Below, in pieces: positions 1 through 7,833 of a stretch of 28,780 nucleotides of DNA (position 1 is its first letter; every line of letters starts with the position of its first letter). A program made the translations under genes and the position numbers. Source of the stretch: a virus (lineage: Duplodnaviria; Caudoviricetes); the IMG/VR virus record IMGVR_UViG_3300005758_000147, positions 1 to 28,780 of that record; one strand, written 5' to 3'. Below the pieces are notes generated by a model. The model saw only the letters and a list, made by a program, of their open reading frames with translations, ran no database searches and was not told the DNA's origin.

Positions 1-604
1 TTACTAGTTTAGGTGTGTAGTATTCTTTTACAATTGGACTATAAACAGTAACATGTTCATTTACTAATTGTAAAAAGTCTTTATCCGCAGAAACAATTGT
101 AACATCTGATTTATAGGTGTTAACTAAGTGTTGGGATAAATGCGCTATAATATCATCTGCCTCGACTTTATCGAGCGATATGAGATGTACGGGTAAACAC
201 TTTAAATAATGTATTAAACGCGCTATTTGATTCACTTTTGAATCCTGTTCTTCATCTAAATCATCAAAAGCAGAATGATTTGTCATTCTAGCTAAGTTTC
301 GGCCTGACTTGTATTCGGGAAGTAAGTTCTTCCTGTTTTGGGAAGAACCTATTCCGTCGAATACTACATAAACCGAAGTGGGTTTAACATTGTTGATTAG
401 TGATCCTAGCGAGCGTAGAAATCCACCTAATCCTCCAACATGAACTCCACCTTGGTTTACATAATTCAAAACCGCGAAATTCCTTAGAAACATATTTAAT
501 CCATCAACAATAAGAACATTACTATGTTTATTGAATGTTCCTCCCTTAGGGGCATCATCTTTTTGGATATTGTCTAATAATCTTAAGATTTCGCTATGCT
601 TCAT
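1..604 (-). CDS. 5'-3' exonuclease / flap endonuclease (Pol I N-terminal domain / T4 RNase H-like), runs off the left edge of the window
   Basis: Not in the ORF track. Hand translation from the ATG at 604-602 (ATGA overlap with the recA stop) gives MKHSEILRLL...VLIVDGLNMFLRNF...VYVVFDG...RKNLLPEYKSGR...VEADDIIA...IVSADKDFLQL, the canonical acidic motifs of the 5'-nuclease family. Confidence 0.92.
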   Translation of the reverse strand, partial: MKHSEILRLLDNIQKDDAPKGGTFNKHSNVLIVDGLNMFLRNFAVLNYVNQGGVHVGGLGGFLRSLGSLINNVKPTSVYVVFDGIGSSQNRKNLLPEYKSGRNLARMTNHSAFDDLDEEQDSKVNQIARLIHYLKCLPVHLISLDKVEADDIIAHLSQHLVNTYKSDVTIVSADKDFLQLVNEHVTVYSPIVKEYYTPKLV

Positions 605-1686
605 TCTTCATCAATTAATGTAATGTTCTCTTTACTTTCTTCCCATTCTGATTTATCTTCACTGAGACCAATACCATCAAGACTTCCTAAGATATGAACC
701 CATTCATGAGCATGTTGTTTTTTATACTCATTAACATCTTTAGTATCATCACCAATAAAACCATGAACTGTAGCTACAACTGTATTTTTAGTTTGTAAGC
801 CTGTAACGTGATTTTTATCTACTGATACTTTAGTACGAACAGCAAATTCTACTTCTTTACCATCTTTAGTTGCTTTTAATTTACTTGTACCACTATTAGT
901 AATATTACCAAATGTGATTACAATTGAAGCATCTAAAAACATTGTTTCACCATTTTTCATTTTCATTTTAGGTTGAGCGAAAATATTTTCAGCTGGTGCA
1001 ACCCAAATCTTATTAATTGCTACCATTGAATTTGTATATGGTGATGATTCTTTTCTTGATAATGGAAAACGCTGATTAATAAAATTACCAAATTGTTGTG
1101 ACATTGCTCCTGCATTCCACATTGGATTATTTTTATTTGCTTCAACACTCATTTTACAAGGTATAGAACCAATTGAGTCCCAAAAGAAACATAAATCATA
1201 TGGTAAATTACCTTTACGTTGTTCATCTAACAAATCAGCAATAAACTCTGCTGTGTCTTCAATAGTACTTAATGTACTTCTATCAACATATAAGAAAAAT
1301 CCTTTATAATCTACTACTTCTCCTGTTTCTTGATCAACAACATCTTCTACTTGGAAACCCATTTGTTTAGCATGTTCCCAAGACCATTTCATCTCTGTAA
1401 TAATGAACACAGGCAAAATGCCCATTTTCTGGGCATTAATTGCCAACTCAAGTAAAGCTGTTGTTTTACCGGTGTTACTGTGTCCTCTTAATAAATTGAT
1501 ATGTCCCATAGCTGCACCTGGGAGCGAAGTTGAATCTTGTAATGCTTCTGAAAATGGGATCCACTTTTGTTCTTTAAATTTAACAGTACTGTTAAGTAGC
1601 TTTTTCTCTTTAAATTTATCTAAATTAAAATTAGATTTAATTTCAGCCGAAACAGCTGTTGTAAGTGAATCTTTTTTCTTGGCCAT
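601..1686 (-). CDS. recA: RecA/UvsX-like recombinase
   Basis: Walker A GHSNTGKT, ITE (catalytic Glu), Walker B FFWDSIG and a KNHV motif. Lies between SSB and the exonuclease. Confidence 0.88.
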   Translation of the reverse strand: MAKKKDSLTTAVSAEIKSNFNLDKFKEKKLLNSTVKFKEQKWIPFSEALQDSTSLPGAAMGHINLLRGHSNTGKTTALLELAINAQKMGILPVFIITEMKWSWEHAKQMGFQVEDVVDQETGEVVDYKGFFLYVDRSTLSTIEDTAEFIADLLDEQRKGNLPYDLCFFWDSIGSIPCKMSVEANKNNPMWNAGAMSQQFGNFINQRFPLSRKESSPYTNSMVAINKIWVAPAENIFAQPKMKMKNGETMFLDASIVITFGNITNSGTSKLKATKDGKEVEFAVRTKVSVDKNHVTGLQTKNTVVATVHGFIGDDTKDVNEYKKQHAHEWVHILGSLDGIGLSEDKSEWEESKENITLIDEE

Positions 1687-1699
1687 AACTTATTATTTA

Positions 1700-2560
1700 T
1701 TAGTTTTCGTCTTCATCTTCAAACAAAGCATCAAATTTATCTGCTTTGGTTGTTTTTGGTTTCGCTTGAAGTGAATAGTTTTTCTTAGGTGCAGGTGCTT
1801 CTTCTTCATCCTCATCTTTTTCCCAAGGTAAATCACCTTTTGATACTGGTGTTTCTTCTACATCTGTATCTTCTGATTCATCCTCTTCTAGATCTGGATT
1901 TAAGAATTTAGCTAAGATACCTTTCAAATCTTCAAATGTCATTTGCTTTTGTAACTCTAAAACATTTGGTTGTTCAGTCAACCATGTTTTAATAGTTGCC
2001 TTATCTGTACCTAGTGGTGATGTTTTTGGTTTAACACGAATTGAACATTTGATACCTTGACGACCACCAATATCACCTATTACAGCGTCTACTGTAAAGT
2101 CGCGACCTTCATTAATGTCTGTGAAGTCACCATAATCTTCATCCTCAGCAATACCTAGCAATGCCATGTAAATTTCTTTTCCAAACTCCCACAAACGAAC
2201 GCCTTTATCTTCTTCACCACGAACAATAACAGGAGCAAATACTCGCATTTTAGGATCTAACTTTTTAGCTAGTTTCCAATTTTCTTTGTCATTGCTGTTA
2301 CGAAGTTGTTTAGCAAACTCAACGATTGGATCTTTTTCACCCCAATTAGTTAAAGCATATACTGGGAATTTTGACAATCCATAATGTACGAATACTTCTT
2401 GAAATGGATTTTCTTTGTTTAAGACTGAAGGTACAATTCGAATTTGATACTTACCTTCTTGTTTTGGTTTCCAATAGTACTTGGAATAATCGACCTTTTC
2501 TTTTTTCTGTCCGGACGACTGTAGAGAATTCAATCTCTGTTTAATTGCATTGATGTCCAT
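1700..2560 (-). CDS. Single-stranded DNA-binding protein, T4 gp32-like
   Basis: YWKP...IRIVP...PF...HY N-terminal pattern, DINEGRDF motif and a long acidic tail ending FDALFEDEDEN. Adjacent to the recombinase. Confidence 0.8.
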   Translation of the reverse strand: MDINAIKQRLNSLQSSGQKKEKVDYSKYYWKPKQEGKYQIRIVPSVLNKENPFQEVFVHYGLSKFPVYALTNWGEKDPIVEFAKQLRNSNDKENWKLAKKLDPKMRVFAPVIVRGEEDKGVRLWEFGKEIYMALLGIAEDEDYGDFTDINEGRDFTVDAVIGDIGGRQGIKCSIRVKPKTSPLGTDKATIKTWLTEQPNVLELQKQMTFEDLKGILAKFLNPDLEEDESEDTDVEETPVSKGDLPWEKDEDEEEAPAPKKNYSLQAKPKTTKADKFDALFEDEDEN

Positions 2561-2591
2561 AATTTAACTTGGTTTTTATTTATTTGTTATT

Positions 2592-2619
2592 AATATACTA
2601 CATTTTTTTACAGGGCCAA
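2592..2619 (-). promoter_or_regulatory. Putative early/middle promoter TTGGCC-N16-TATATT upstream of SSB
   Basis: Same hexamers and 16-nt spacer as the element at 4567-4594. Confidence 0.65.
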
Positions 2620-2692
2620 ATTATACTGCCTCTTTTATTCGTAGTGTTTTTTCTTAACTTGTTCTAACCTAAAATGACACCGTTGTGTCTAT

Positions 2693-2701
2693 TATAAATA
2701 T
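2693..2701 (-). promoter_or_regulatory. Putative late-promoter motif ATATTTATA, about 130 nt upstream of SSB
   Basis: Copy of the motif found upstream of nine structural genes. Confidence 0.45.
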
Positions 2702-2842
2702 TTATTTTACTTTTTTCTTTATTATATTTATTAAATCTTCTAAAGATAATATATTTTCAACTTCTTCATCTTTAATTTCAATATTGAATTTAGATTCAAC
2801 AAGTTGAAGTATTTCAATTTTATATATTATATTTTCTTTCAT
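2702..2842 (-). CDS. 46-aa acyl-carrier-protein-like mini-protein (helices II-IV only, no phosphopantetheine Ser motif)
   Basis: Below the ORF-track size cutoff. Hand translation: MKENIIYKIEILQLVESKFNIEIKDEEVENILSLEDLINIIKKKVK*. ATGA overlap with the upstream gene. Matches the ACP pattern E-x-x-F-x-I-E-I-x-D-E-E...I-x-T/S-V/L-x-D-x-I. Confidence 0.7.
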   Translation of the reverse strand: MKENIIYKIEILQLVESKFNIEIKDEEVENILSLEDLINIIKKKVK

Positions 2843-3282
2843 AGCTCTATAATCTTAAACACTTTTGTGTTTAATTGTTTTAACTCGTTATGTTGAGTTA
2901 ATAGAATACTGTTTCTATAGTGTTGCCAATCTACTCTAAAATTTACATCAACTACTCCTCTATTTAATGATTTAATCAATTCATTTAGAGCGTTTATAGT
3001 ATAAAGTGTATTGGTTTCTTTTTTACGATGAACTAAAATTGTATTTTCAGGAATATCATTGATATTACCTTGATCAACATTATAAGTGACAACATATTCG
3101 TTTGTGCTTTTTACAAATAACACAAACATTTTATTATACATGATAGTGTAAGACCTAGAAATATCTTCTACGAGAATGTCTAATCCATCAGCACTTGTAA
3201 ATGTGCAAAATAACTTGTTGTTCAAATCTTTAATATTGTCAATATTCAGATCATACATATCATAATTTGGTTTAAAAATCAT
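2839..3282 (-). CDS. Hypothetical phage protein downstream of the PolA-like gene (true start may be the ATG at 3258)
   Basis: Compact globular-looking ORF with the motif NTILVHRKKETNTLYTINALN. Overlaps both neighbours. Confidence 0.75.
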   Translation of the reverse strand: MIFKPNYDMYDLNIDNIKDLNNKLFCTFTSADGLDILVEDISRSYTIMYNKMFVLFVKSTNEYVVTYNVDQGNINDIPENTILVHRKKETNTLYTINALNELIKSLNRGVVDVNFRVDWQHYRNSILLTQHNELKQLNTKVFKIIEL

Positions 3283-4549
3283 AATTCCTCCCTCTGTTAA
3301 TCTTTATCGCTAGTTTAAATTCTTTAAATATATTTTTTATTTGTTCTAATTCTTGTTCCTCATCCTCATCCCAATCTAACAAGAAGGAATCATATGTGTA
3401 TAATACAATTTTAGTGTTTTTATTTGCTAATATCTTATGTATCTTAAGTAATATCTGGATATTAGTAGATGTCTCTAGGTTTTGTAGGATGTAATTGAAG
3501 AGTTTTTGTGGATTCATATTTTCCAACTTATCTTTCTCAAATCTATAACCTGATATGGGGGCATCAATGTATCCTTGAGATTGAAATAACTCCCAGTTAT
3601 TGTTTGTATACTCAGTTACTTTTTGGAAAAATTCTAAATGTTGGTATTCTTTAAAAACACCTCCATTAAATTGCTTAAATGTTAACTCTTTAGCTGTCTT
3701 ATAATCTACATTATATAAAGCAGCAAACTCAGAATGAATATCAGAGTTACTAAATTCATAACCCACCAATTGTCCTGCAAGTGTTGGGTGATACGCTGAG
3801 ATATCAATTTCAATGAGTTCATTGTTTGAAGCTATAAAGCTTGATCTTGAATGATTATCCTTTTTTAGAGCAGCGAAGTTAATGCTATTAAATGCATTAG
3901 ACGGTCTTCTCGTTGTAGTGTTAAGGTTATATTGAGTAAAAATTCGATCATTATAAATCGAATAACATTCATTGTTTGGTTCATAATACTTATAAAACTT
4001 ATCTTTGTTTATTTTAATACCATTCTTTTCTATTCCAAAAAATGCTAAAGCTCCTTTATTATAGAACTTAACATAATCAGGTTTAGGTTCTAAAATTACT
4101 TGTTGTAATTTATTATAAATATTCTCACATACCTCATAATGCTTAGAAACAGGTATTATTCTGTTGATATCTTGCTTATTTTGATGTTGTCGATAAAGTA
4201 TATCAAATACGGGTTCAAGTTGATTATCTACGCTTTTAAGCGCTGATATATCAATGACTTTATTTAGTTGAAAATAATATAAGAATGCTTTTTTATCTCT
4301 AACATATACTATATCTGTATGTTGGAGTATTTTTTCTATATATGTTTTTCCAATAGACATAGTTTCACTATGGTCTATACATAACATATATCCTTTAGAG
4401 TCATAAGTTGGTCTTATATAAACTAGACAAACATCATTTAAAGCAGGATGAATATGGTTATGGTAAGGAATAACCTCAACAAAGACTTCTTTAAAATCTT
4501 CATTGACAAATTCTCTTAATTGTTCTTTAGTTTCTATTAGCCAAAACAT
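3272..4549 (-). CDS. Minimal, divergent family-A DNA polymerase-like protein
   Basis: TTRRPSN...INFAAL (motif 2, cf. TGRLSS..PNLQNI), IEIDISAYHP (motif A), AKELTFKQFNGG (motif B), FNYILQNLE (motif 6) and LYTYDSFL (motif C), in the correct order. Confidence 0.85.
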   Translation of the reverse strand: MFWLIETKEQLREFVNEDFKEVFVEVIPYHNHIHPALNDVCLVYIRPTYDSKGYMLCIDHSETMSIGKTYIEKILQHTDIVYVRDKKAFLYYFQLNKVIDISALKSVDNQLEPVFDILYRQHQNKQDINRIIPVSKHYEVCENIYNKLQQVILEPKPDYVKFYNKGALAFFGIEKNGIKINKDKFYKYYEPNNECYSIYNDRIFTQYNLNTTTRRPSNAFNSINFAALKKDNHSRSSFIASNNELIEIDISAYHPTLAGQLVGYEFSNSDIHSEFAALYNVDYKTAKELTFKQFNGGVFKEYQHLEFFQKVTEYTNNNWELFQSQGYIDAPISGYRFEKDKLENMNPQKLFNYILQNLETSTNIQILLKIHKILANKNTKIVLYTYDSFLLDWDEDEEQELEQIKNIFKEFKLAIKINRGRNYDF

Positions 4550-4566
4550 AACCTTTATTTTCTAGT

Positions 4567-4594
4567 AATATAATTAAGCTTTTTAGTAAGCCAA
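4567..4594 (-). promoter_or_regulatory. Putative early/middle promoter TTGGCT-N16-TATATT upstream of the PolA-like gene
   Basis: sigma70-like -35/-10 hexamers at the boundary of the structural and replication modules. Twin copy at 2592-2619. Confidence 0.65.
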
Positions 4595-4598
4595 GTTA

Positions 4599-4799
4599 TT
4601 AACTTAAAGCAGCTATAATACTATCAGCATCAGGTTGTAATACTCCATTAATAGTTGTTTCATTACCTAAAAAAGCATAGTAGCTTTCATCTAACAAAAC
4701 ATGCACACACATATCTCCTATTTTGTCTGTGCCACCTAGAGTATAATCTTTGCCATTCCAGGTTACAATTCCATTTGAATATAATAAATACATCATCAT
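4599..4799 (-). CDS. Small hypothetical protein, possibly a fibre accessory or chaperone
   Basis: ATGA-coupled to the upstream fibre gene. Function inferred from position only. Confidence 0.6.
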   Translation of the reverse strand: MMMYLLYSNGIVTWNGKDYTLGGTDKIGDMCVHVLLDESYYAFLGNETTINGVLQPDADSIIAALS

Positions 4800-6442
4800 A
4801 CTTTTAATACTGTTACACGTGAATATGTTGTTTTAATAGCGTCATTAGCGTTACCTAAAATAAGTGAAAATATAAAATATTGGTTGGTTGTCCAATCTAT
4901 ATTAGTGCTAGCTACAGCTACAGAAGTAGTATTATCATCTGTTATTAAAGCAGTCCCTGTTGGGAAACTCTGTGTGTCTGTTAAACTTTTCACTATAAGT
5001 TCTCGAGACATTTGTTGAAATATCTGAAGGCCGGCTGCAGATGGGCCTGATGCTAATAGCGTTGCTCCTGATAATGAGGGTAATGTGTTAACATATACAA
5101 ATACTCTAGATGTACTTACTGTTCCTGTTTTAGCTGCTCTTACTTTAATACTGATTGAGTCTCCGACTGATACAGTATTGGCTGGTATAAGTAATGTTGA
5201 TGATAAAGTATTACTTGTGGTTAATGTCACAGTTGCACCATCAACAGATTGGATGAAATTAGTTATTTTAGAATTTATACTTAACCCTGATCCTGTATCT
5301 ACTGTAATAGGGAATGTACTTCCATCGCCTTTTGTGAAGGTGATAGTATTAGAAGAAACAGATGCTGTAGCTATTACATCTGGAGATATAATTGGTGTAG
5401 TTCCAAAATCTAAAGCCCCATTTGTAAAACTTATACTGGCTGATTGAGAACCGCTAATAAGATTTATAGAACCATTACTCACATATAAGTCTCTCCAAGC
5501 TGCTGTGGCTGATCCTAGATCATAAGAAGATGTATTATCTGTTATAGTACCACCTGGGATTAGGTGGCCTGTCACTGTTAAGGATTCAGGTGTATTATAA
5601 TCTAGAGCAGCTGTAGAGCCATCACTAGCGAATAGCTGTCTAGTTCTGTAATTCATACTGGCTAGGTCAGATGCATCTTTTAATTGGCGATTTTCCCAAT
5701 CTATACTAAGGATTTCAGTTGAGTCATTCAGATTTCTTCTTCTCCAATCGCTTGATAAAAGTCCACTATCATCAAATAGTTGTCTAGTCCCCCAATCACT
5801 ACTAACAACTGTACTTGGGTCATAAGCTAATCTATTATTAGCATCTAAACTACTATTACCTGTAGTGTCATTAAACAATCCGTTTTCCCAATCTATAGTT
5901 ACTGTACCATCTGAGTCTCTTAATACTCTGTTAGTCCATGAGACTGATGATGTTATGAATGACCCGCTATATAGGTCTCCTGTACCCCAATGTACTACTA
6001 AATTATTAGATGAGTTGTATAATCTATAATTATTCCAACGTACAGAAGCTATCCCTCCATCATCTATTAATTGTTTATTAACAGAATCTATACTATTAGA
6101 AACATAAAATGATCCTGTCACTGTTAATGATCCAGAAACTATAGCTGAGCCTGTGTATGGGAATGTTGATCCTCCACCTCCTGATCCTGTATTAACAGTT
6201 ATAGGGAATGTAGTTCCATCACCTTTTGTGAAGGTGATAGTATTTAGAGATACTGATGCTGTTGTTAGTAATGATCCAGTATCAGTACTTCCTCCTGTTC
6301 CTGTAAATTCTTTTACAACGTTACCTGAGCCGCTACCATAGTACAATTTTCCATCAGTTACATTAATTGCTAATTCGCCTTGTGTTAAAGATGAAGGAAC
6401 TTGACTTGGTGTCGCACTATTTTTTGTTATTATTGTAGCCAT
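4796..6442 (-). CDS. Tail fibre / receptor-binding protein
   Basis: N-terminal P-x-x-L-x-x-GELAINxxDGKLYYG anchor typical of phage fibre N-termini, rich in Ser/Thr/Gly, central 16-aa repeats and a beta-rich C-terminal domain. Confidence 0.75.
   Translation of the reverse strand: MATIITKNSATPSQVPSSLTQGELAINVTDGKLYYGSGSGNVVKEFTGTGGSTDTGSLLTTASVSLNTITFTKGDGTTFPITVNTGSGGGGSTFPYTGSAIVSGSLTVTGSFYVSNSIDSVNKQLIDDGGIASVRWNNYRLYNSSNNLVVHWGTGDLYSGSFITSSVSWTNRVLRDSDGTVTIDWENGLFNDTTGNSSLDANNRLAYDPSTVVSSDWGTRQLFDDSGLLSSDWRRRNLNDSTEILSIDWENRQLKDASDLASMNYRTRQLFASDGSTAALDYNTPESLTVTGHLIPGGTITDNTSSYDLGSATAAWRDLYVSNGSINLISGSQSASISFTNGALDFGTTPIISPDVIATASVSSNTITFTKGDGSTFPITVDTGSGLSINSKITNFIQSVDGATVTLTTSNTLSSTLLIPANTVSVGDSISIKVRAAKTGTVSTSRVFVYVNTLPSLSGATLLASGPSAAGLQIFQQMSRELIVKSLTDTQSFPTGTALITDDNTTSVAVASTNIDWTTNQYFIFSLILGNANDAIKTTYSRVTVLKV
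5307..6244. repeat. 44-bp direct repeat (5307-5350 and 6201-6244), 42/44 identical, in frame
   Basis: atagggaatgta(c/g)ttccatc(g/a)ccttttgtgaaggtgatagtatt, encoding NTITFTKGDG(S/T)TFP. Confidence 0.9.
5612..6094 (-). repeat. About ten tandem 16-aa repeats (S-I/S-D-W-x-x-R-x-L-x-D-x-x-G-x-x) in the fibre gene
   Basis: Examples: SVSWTNRVLRDSDGTV, SSDWGTRQLFDDSGLL, SSDWRRRNLNDSTEIL, SIDWENRQLKDASDLA. Confidence 0.85.
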
Positions 6443-6449
6443 TATCTTA

Positions 6450-6458
6450 TATAAATAT
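6450..6458 (-). promoter_or_regulatory. Putative late promoter ATATTTATA
   Basis: 7 nt upstream of the ATG at 6442. Recurrent motif. Confidence 0.6.
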
Positions 6459-7819
6459 TAAAAAGTACCTCCATCTATTGTACCAGTTACTATTAAATCC
6501 CCTGTTATTCTTGAACTTCCACTTACATCTAATCTATAGGCTGGGGAAGTTGTTCCTACACCTAAATTGCCACCTGCGTTAAAATAAGAGTTAGCATTAG
6601 CACTTGCTCCTAAAAATAATCTGTTTGCGGTTCCACTTTGGACAGCGTTTGTAACATATATATTACCTGTCACACTTTGGTTACCAACTAATGTTAATAC
6701 TGAAGTGGTTGGTGTGGTGGTTCCTATTAAAACTTTCCCATCAGCAGCTACTATAAATGGTGTAGAATCTGGGTTGGTGGAGTCTTCAACTATTATAGCA
6801 TCCCCTGTTCCTCTTTGAGTAACACGTAAAGCCGCATTTGAAGAAGATACATCTATAATAGAACCACTATTACCAGTTATATTTAAACTACCTGTTAATC
6901 CATAACTGCCTGTTAATTGTTTAGTATTATACCATACATCAGTATCATACATTAACAAATCACCATATGATAATGATGATGTATTTATTCTAACATTATG
7001 TAATTCATCTATCTCATAACCATTATCTACTTTAACATAAATAGAGCCATTACCTGGGTTGGATTGAACTACATATCCTATTCTTACTGAATGGCTAGGA
7101 GCAATTGGTGGGGTATTAGTTAAACCTCCAAATGTGGTTGGAGATAGATAAAGGGCGTCTCCATCTACCCATGTTTCACCTTGAAGGACACCACTTGTAT
7201 TTATGCCTCTAACTAACCCAGTTGTAGTAACAAATCCTTCATCATTTATTGCTATATTTTCTGTTACTAAACCTAAAGTATCTAAAGAGTTACCATCGCC
7301 ATCTCCTTTAGCTAAAGCTACTTTTACACGACCTCCCTGAGCTCCGTCTAATCTTACAACTTGATAACCAGCTTCTGTTAAGTTGATTCCAGTTTTATTA
7401 ACAACTCTAACAACTTCTTCTTGTCCAATTTGTAAAGTAACATTTCCTCCTTTTAAACCTAAGTCTAAAGTACCATCATCGTCATTCCACTTTAATCTAC
7501 CTACTGCCCCCACATTAGAAGCAGTAGTATCAAAATCAATATAGTCTACACCTGTTATTGAAGAGGATCCAGACATTAAAATTGATCCAGTTAATATAAC
7601 ATTATTATTAGTATAATCAAAAGAAAAATTTGATGAACCGCTTAATAGACTAGCACTATTAAATTGAATTTGAGTGTTGGAACCACCCGCTGTGGCTGTG
7701 GCAGTTACAGTGAATAAAGAACCTGTTCCATCATATATGTTAACACCATCTGGAGTTTGTAGGACTCGTTGATAGGTATTTTCTATATTTTGGCCAGTAA
7801 GATCAAATGGTCCAGCCAT
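6458..7819 (-). CDS. Virion fibre/structural protein with a capsid-cement/head-fibre-base-like domain and G-V/I-GTTSP shaft motifs
   Basis: VVNKTG...LGLVTENIA..DEGFVTTTGLVRGINTS...GDALYLS..GGLT..PP domain, plus KVLIGTTTP and NLGVGTTSPAYRLDVSG. C-terminus is IDGGTF. Confidence 0.65.
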   Translation of the reverse strand: MAGPFDLTGQNIENTYQRVLQTPDGVNIYDGTGSLFTVTATATAGGSNTQIQFNSASLLSGSSNFSFDYTNNNVILTGSILMSGSSSITGVDYIDFDTTASNVGAVGRLKWNDDDGTLDLGLKGGNVTLQIGQEEVVRVVNKTGINLTEAGYQVVRLDGAQGGRVKVALAKGDGDGNSLDTLGLVTENIAINDEGFVTTTGLVRGINTSGVLQGETWVDGDALYLSPTTFGGLTNTPPIAPSHSVRIGYVVQSNPGNGSIYVKVDNGYEIDELHNVRINTSSLSYGDLLMYDTDVWYNTKQLTGSYGLTGSLNITGNSGSIIDVSSSNAALRVTQRGTGDAIIVEDSTNPDSTPFIVAADGKVLIGTTTPTTSVLTLVGNQSVTGNIYVTNAVQSGTANRLFLGASANANSYFNAGGNLGVGTTSPAYRLDVSGSSRITGDLIVTGTIDGGTF

Positions 7820-7833
7820 AACTTTTATTTAAT

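Noticed and set aside
5307-6244. Diversity-generating retroelement TR/VR pair or invertible segment
   Set aside because: No reverse transcriptase or invertase in the window. The repeats are direct, short, both inside one gene, and the mismatches are not adenine-specific on the coding strand.
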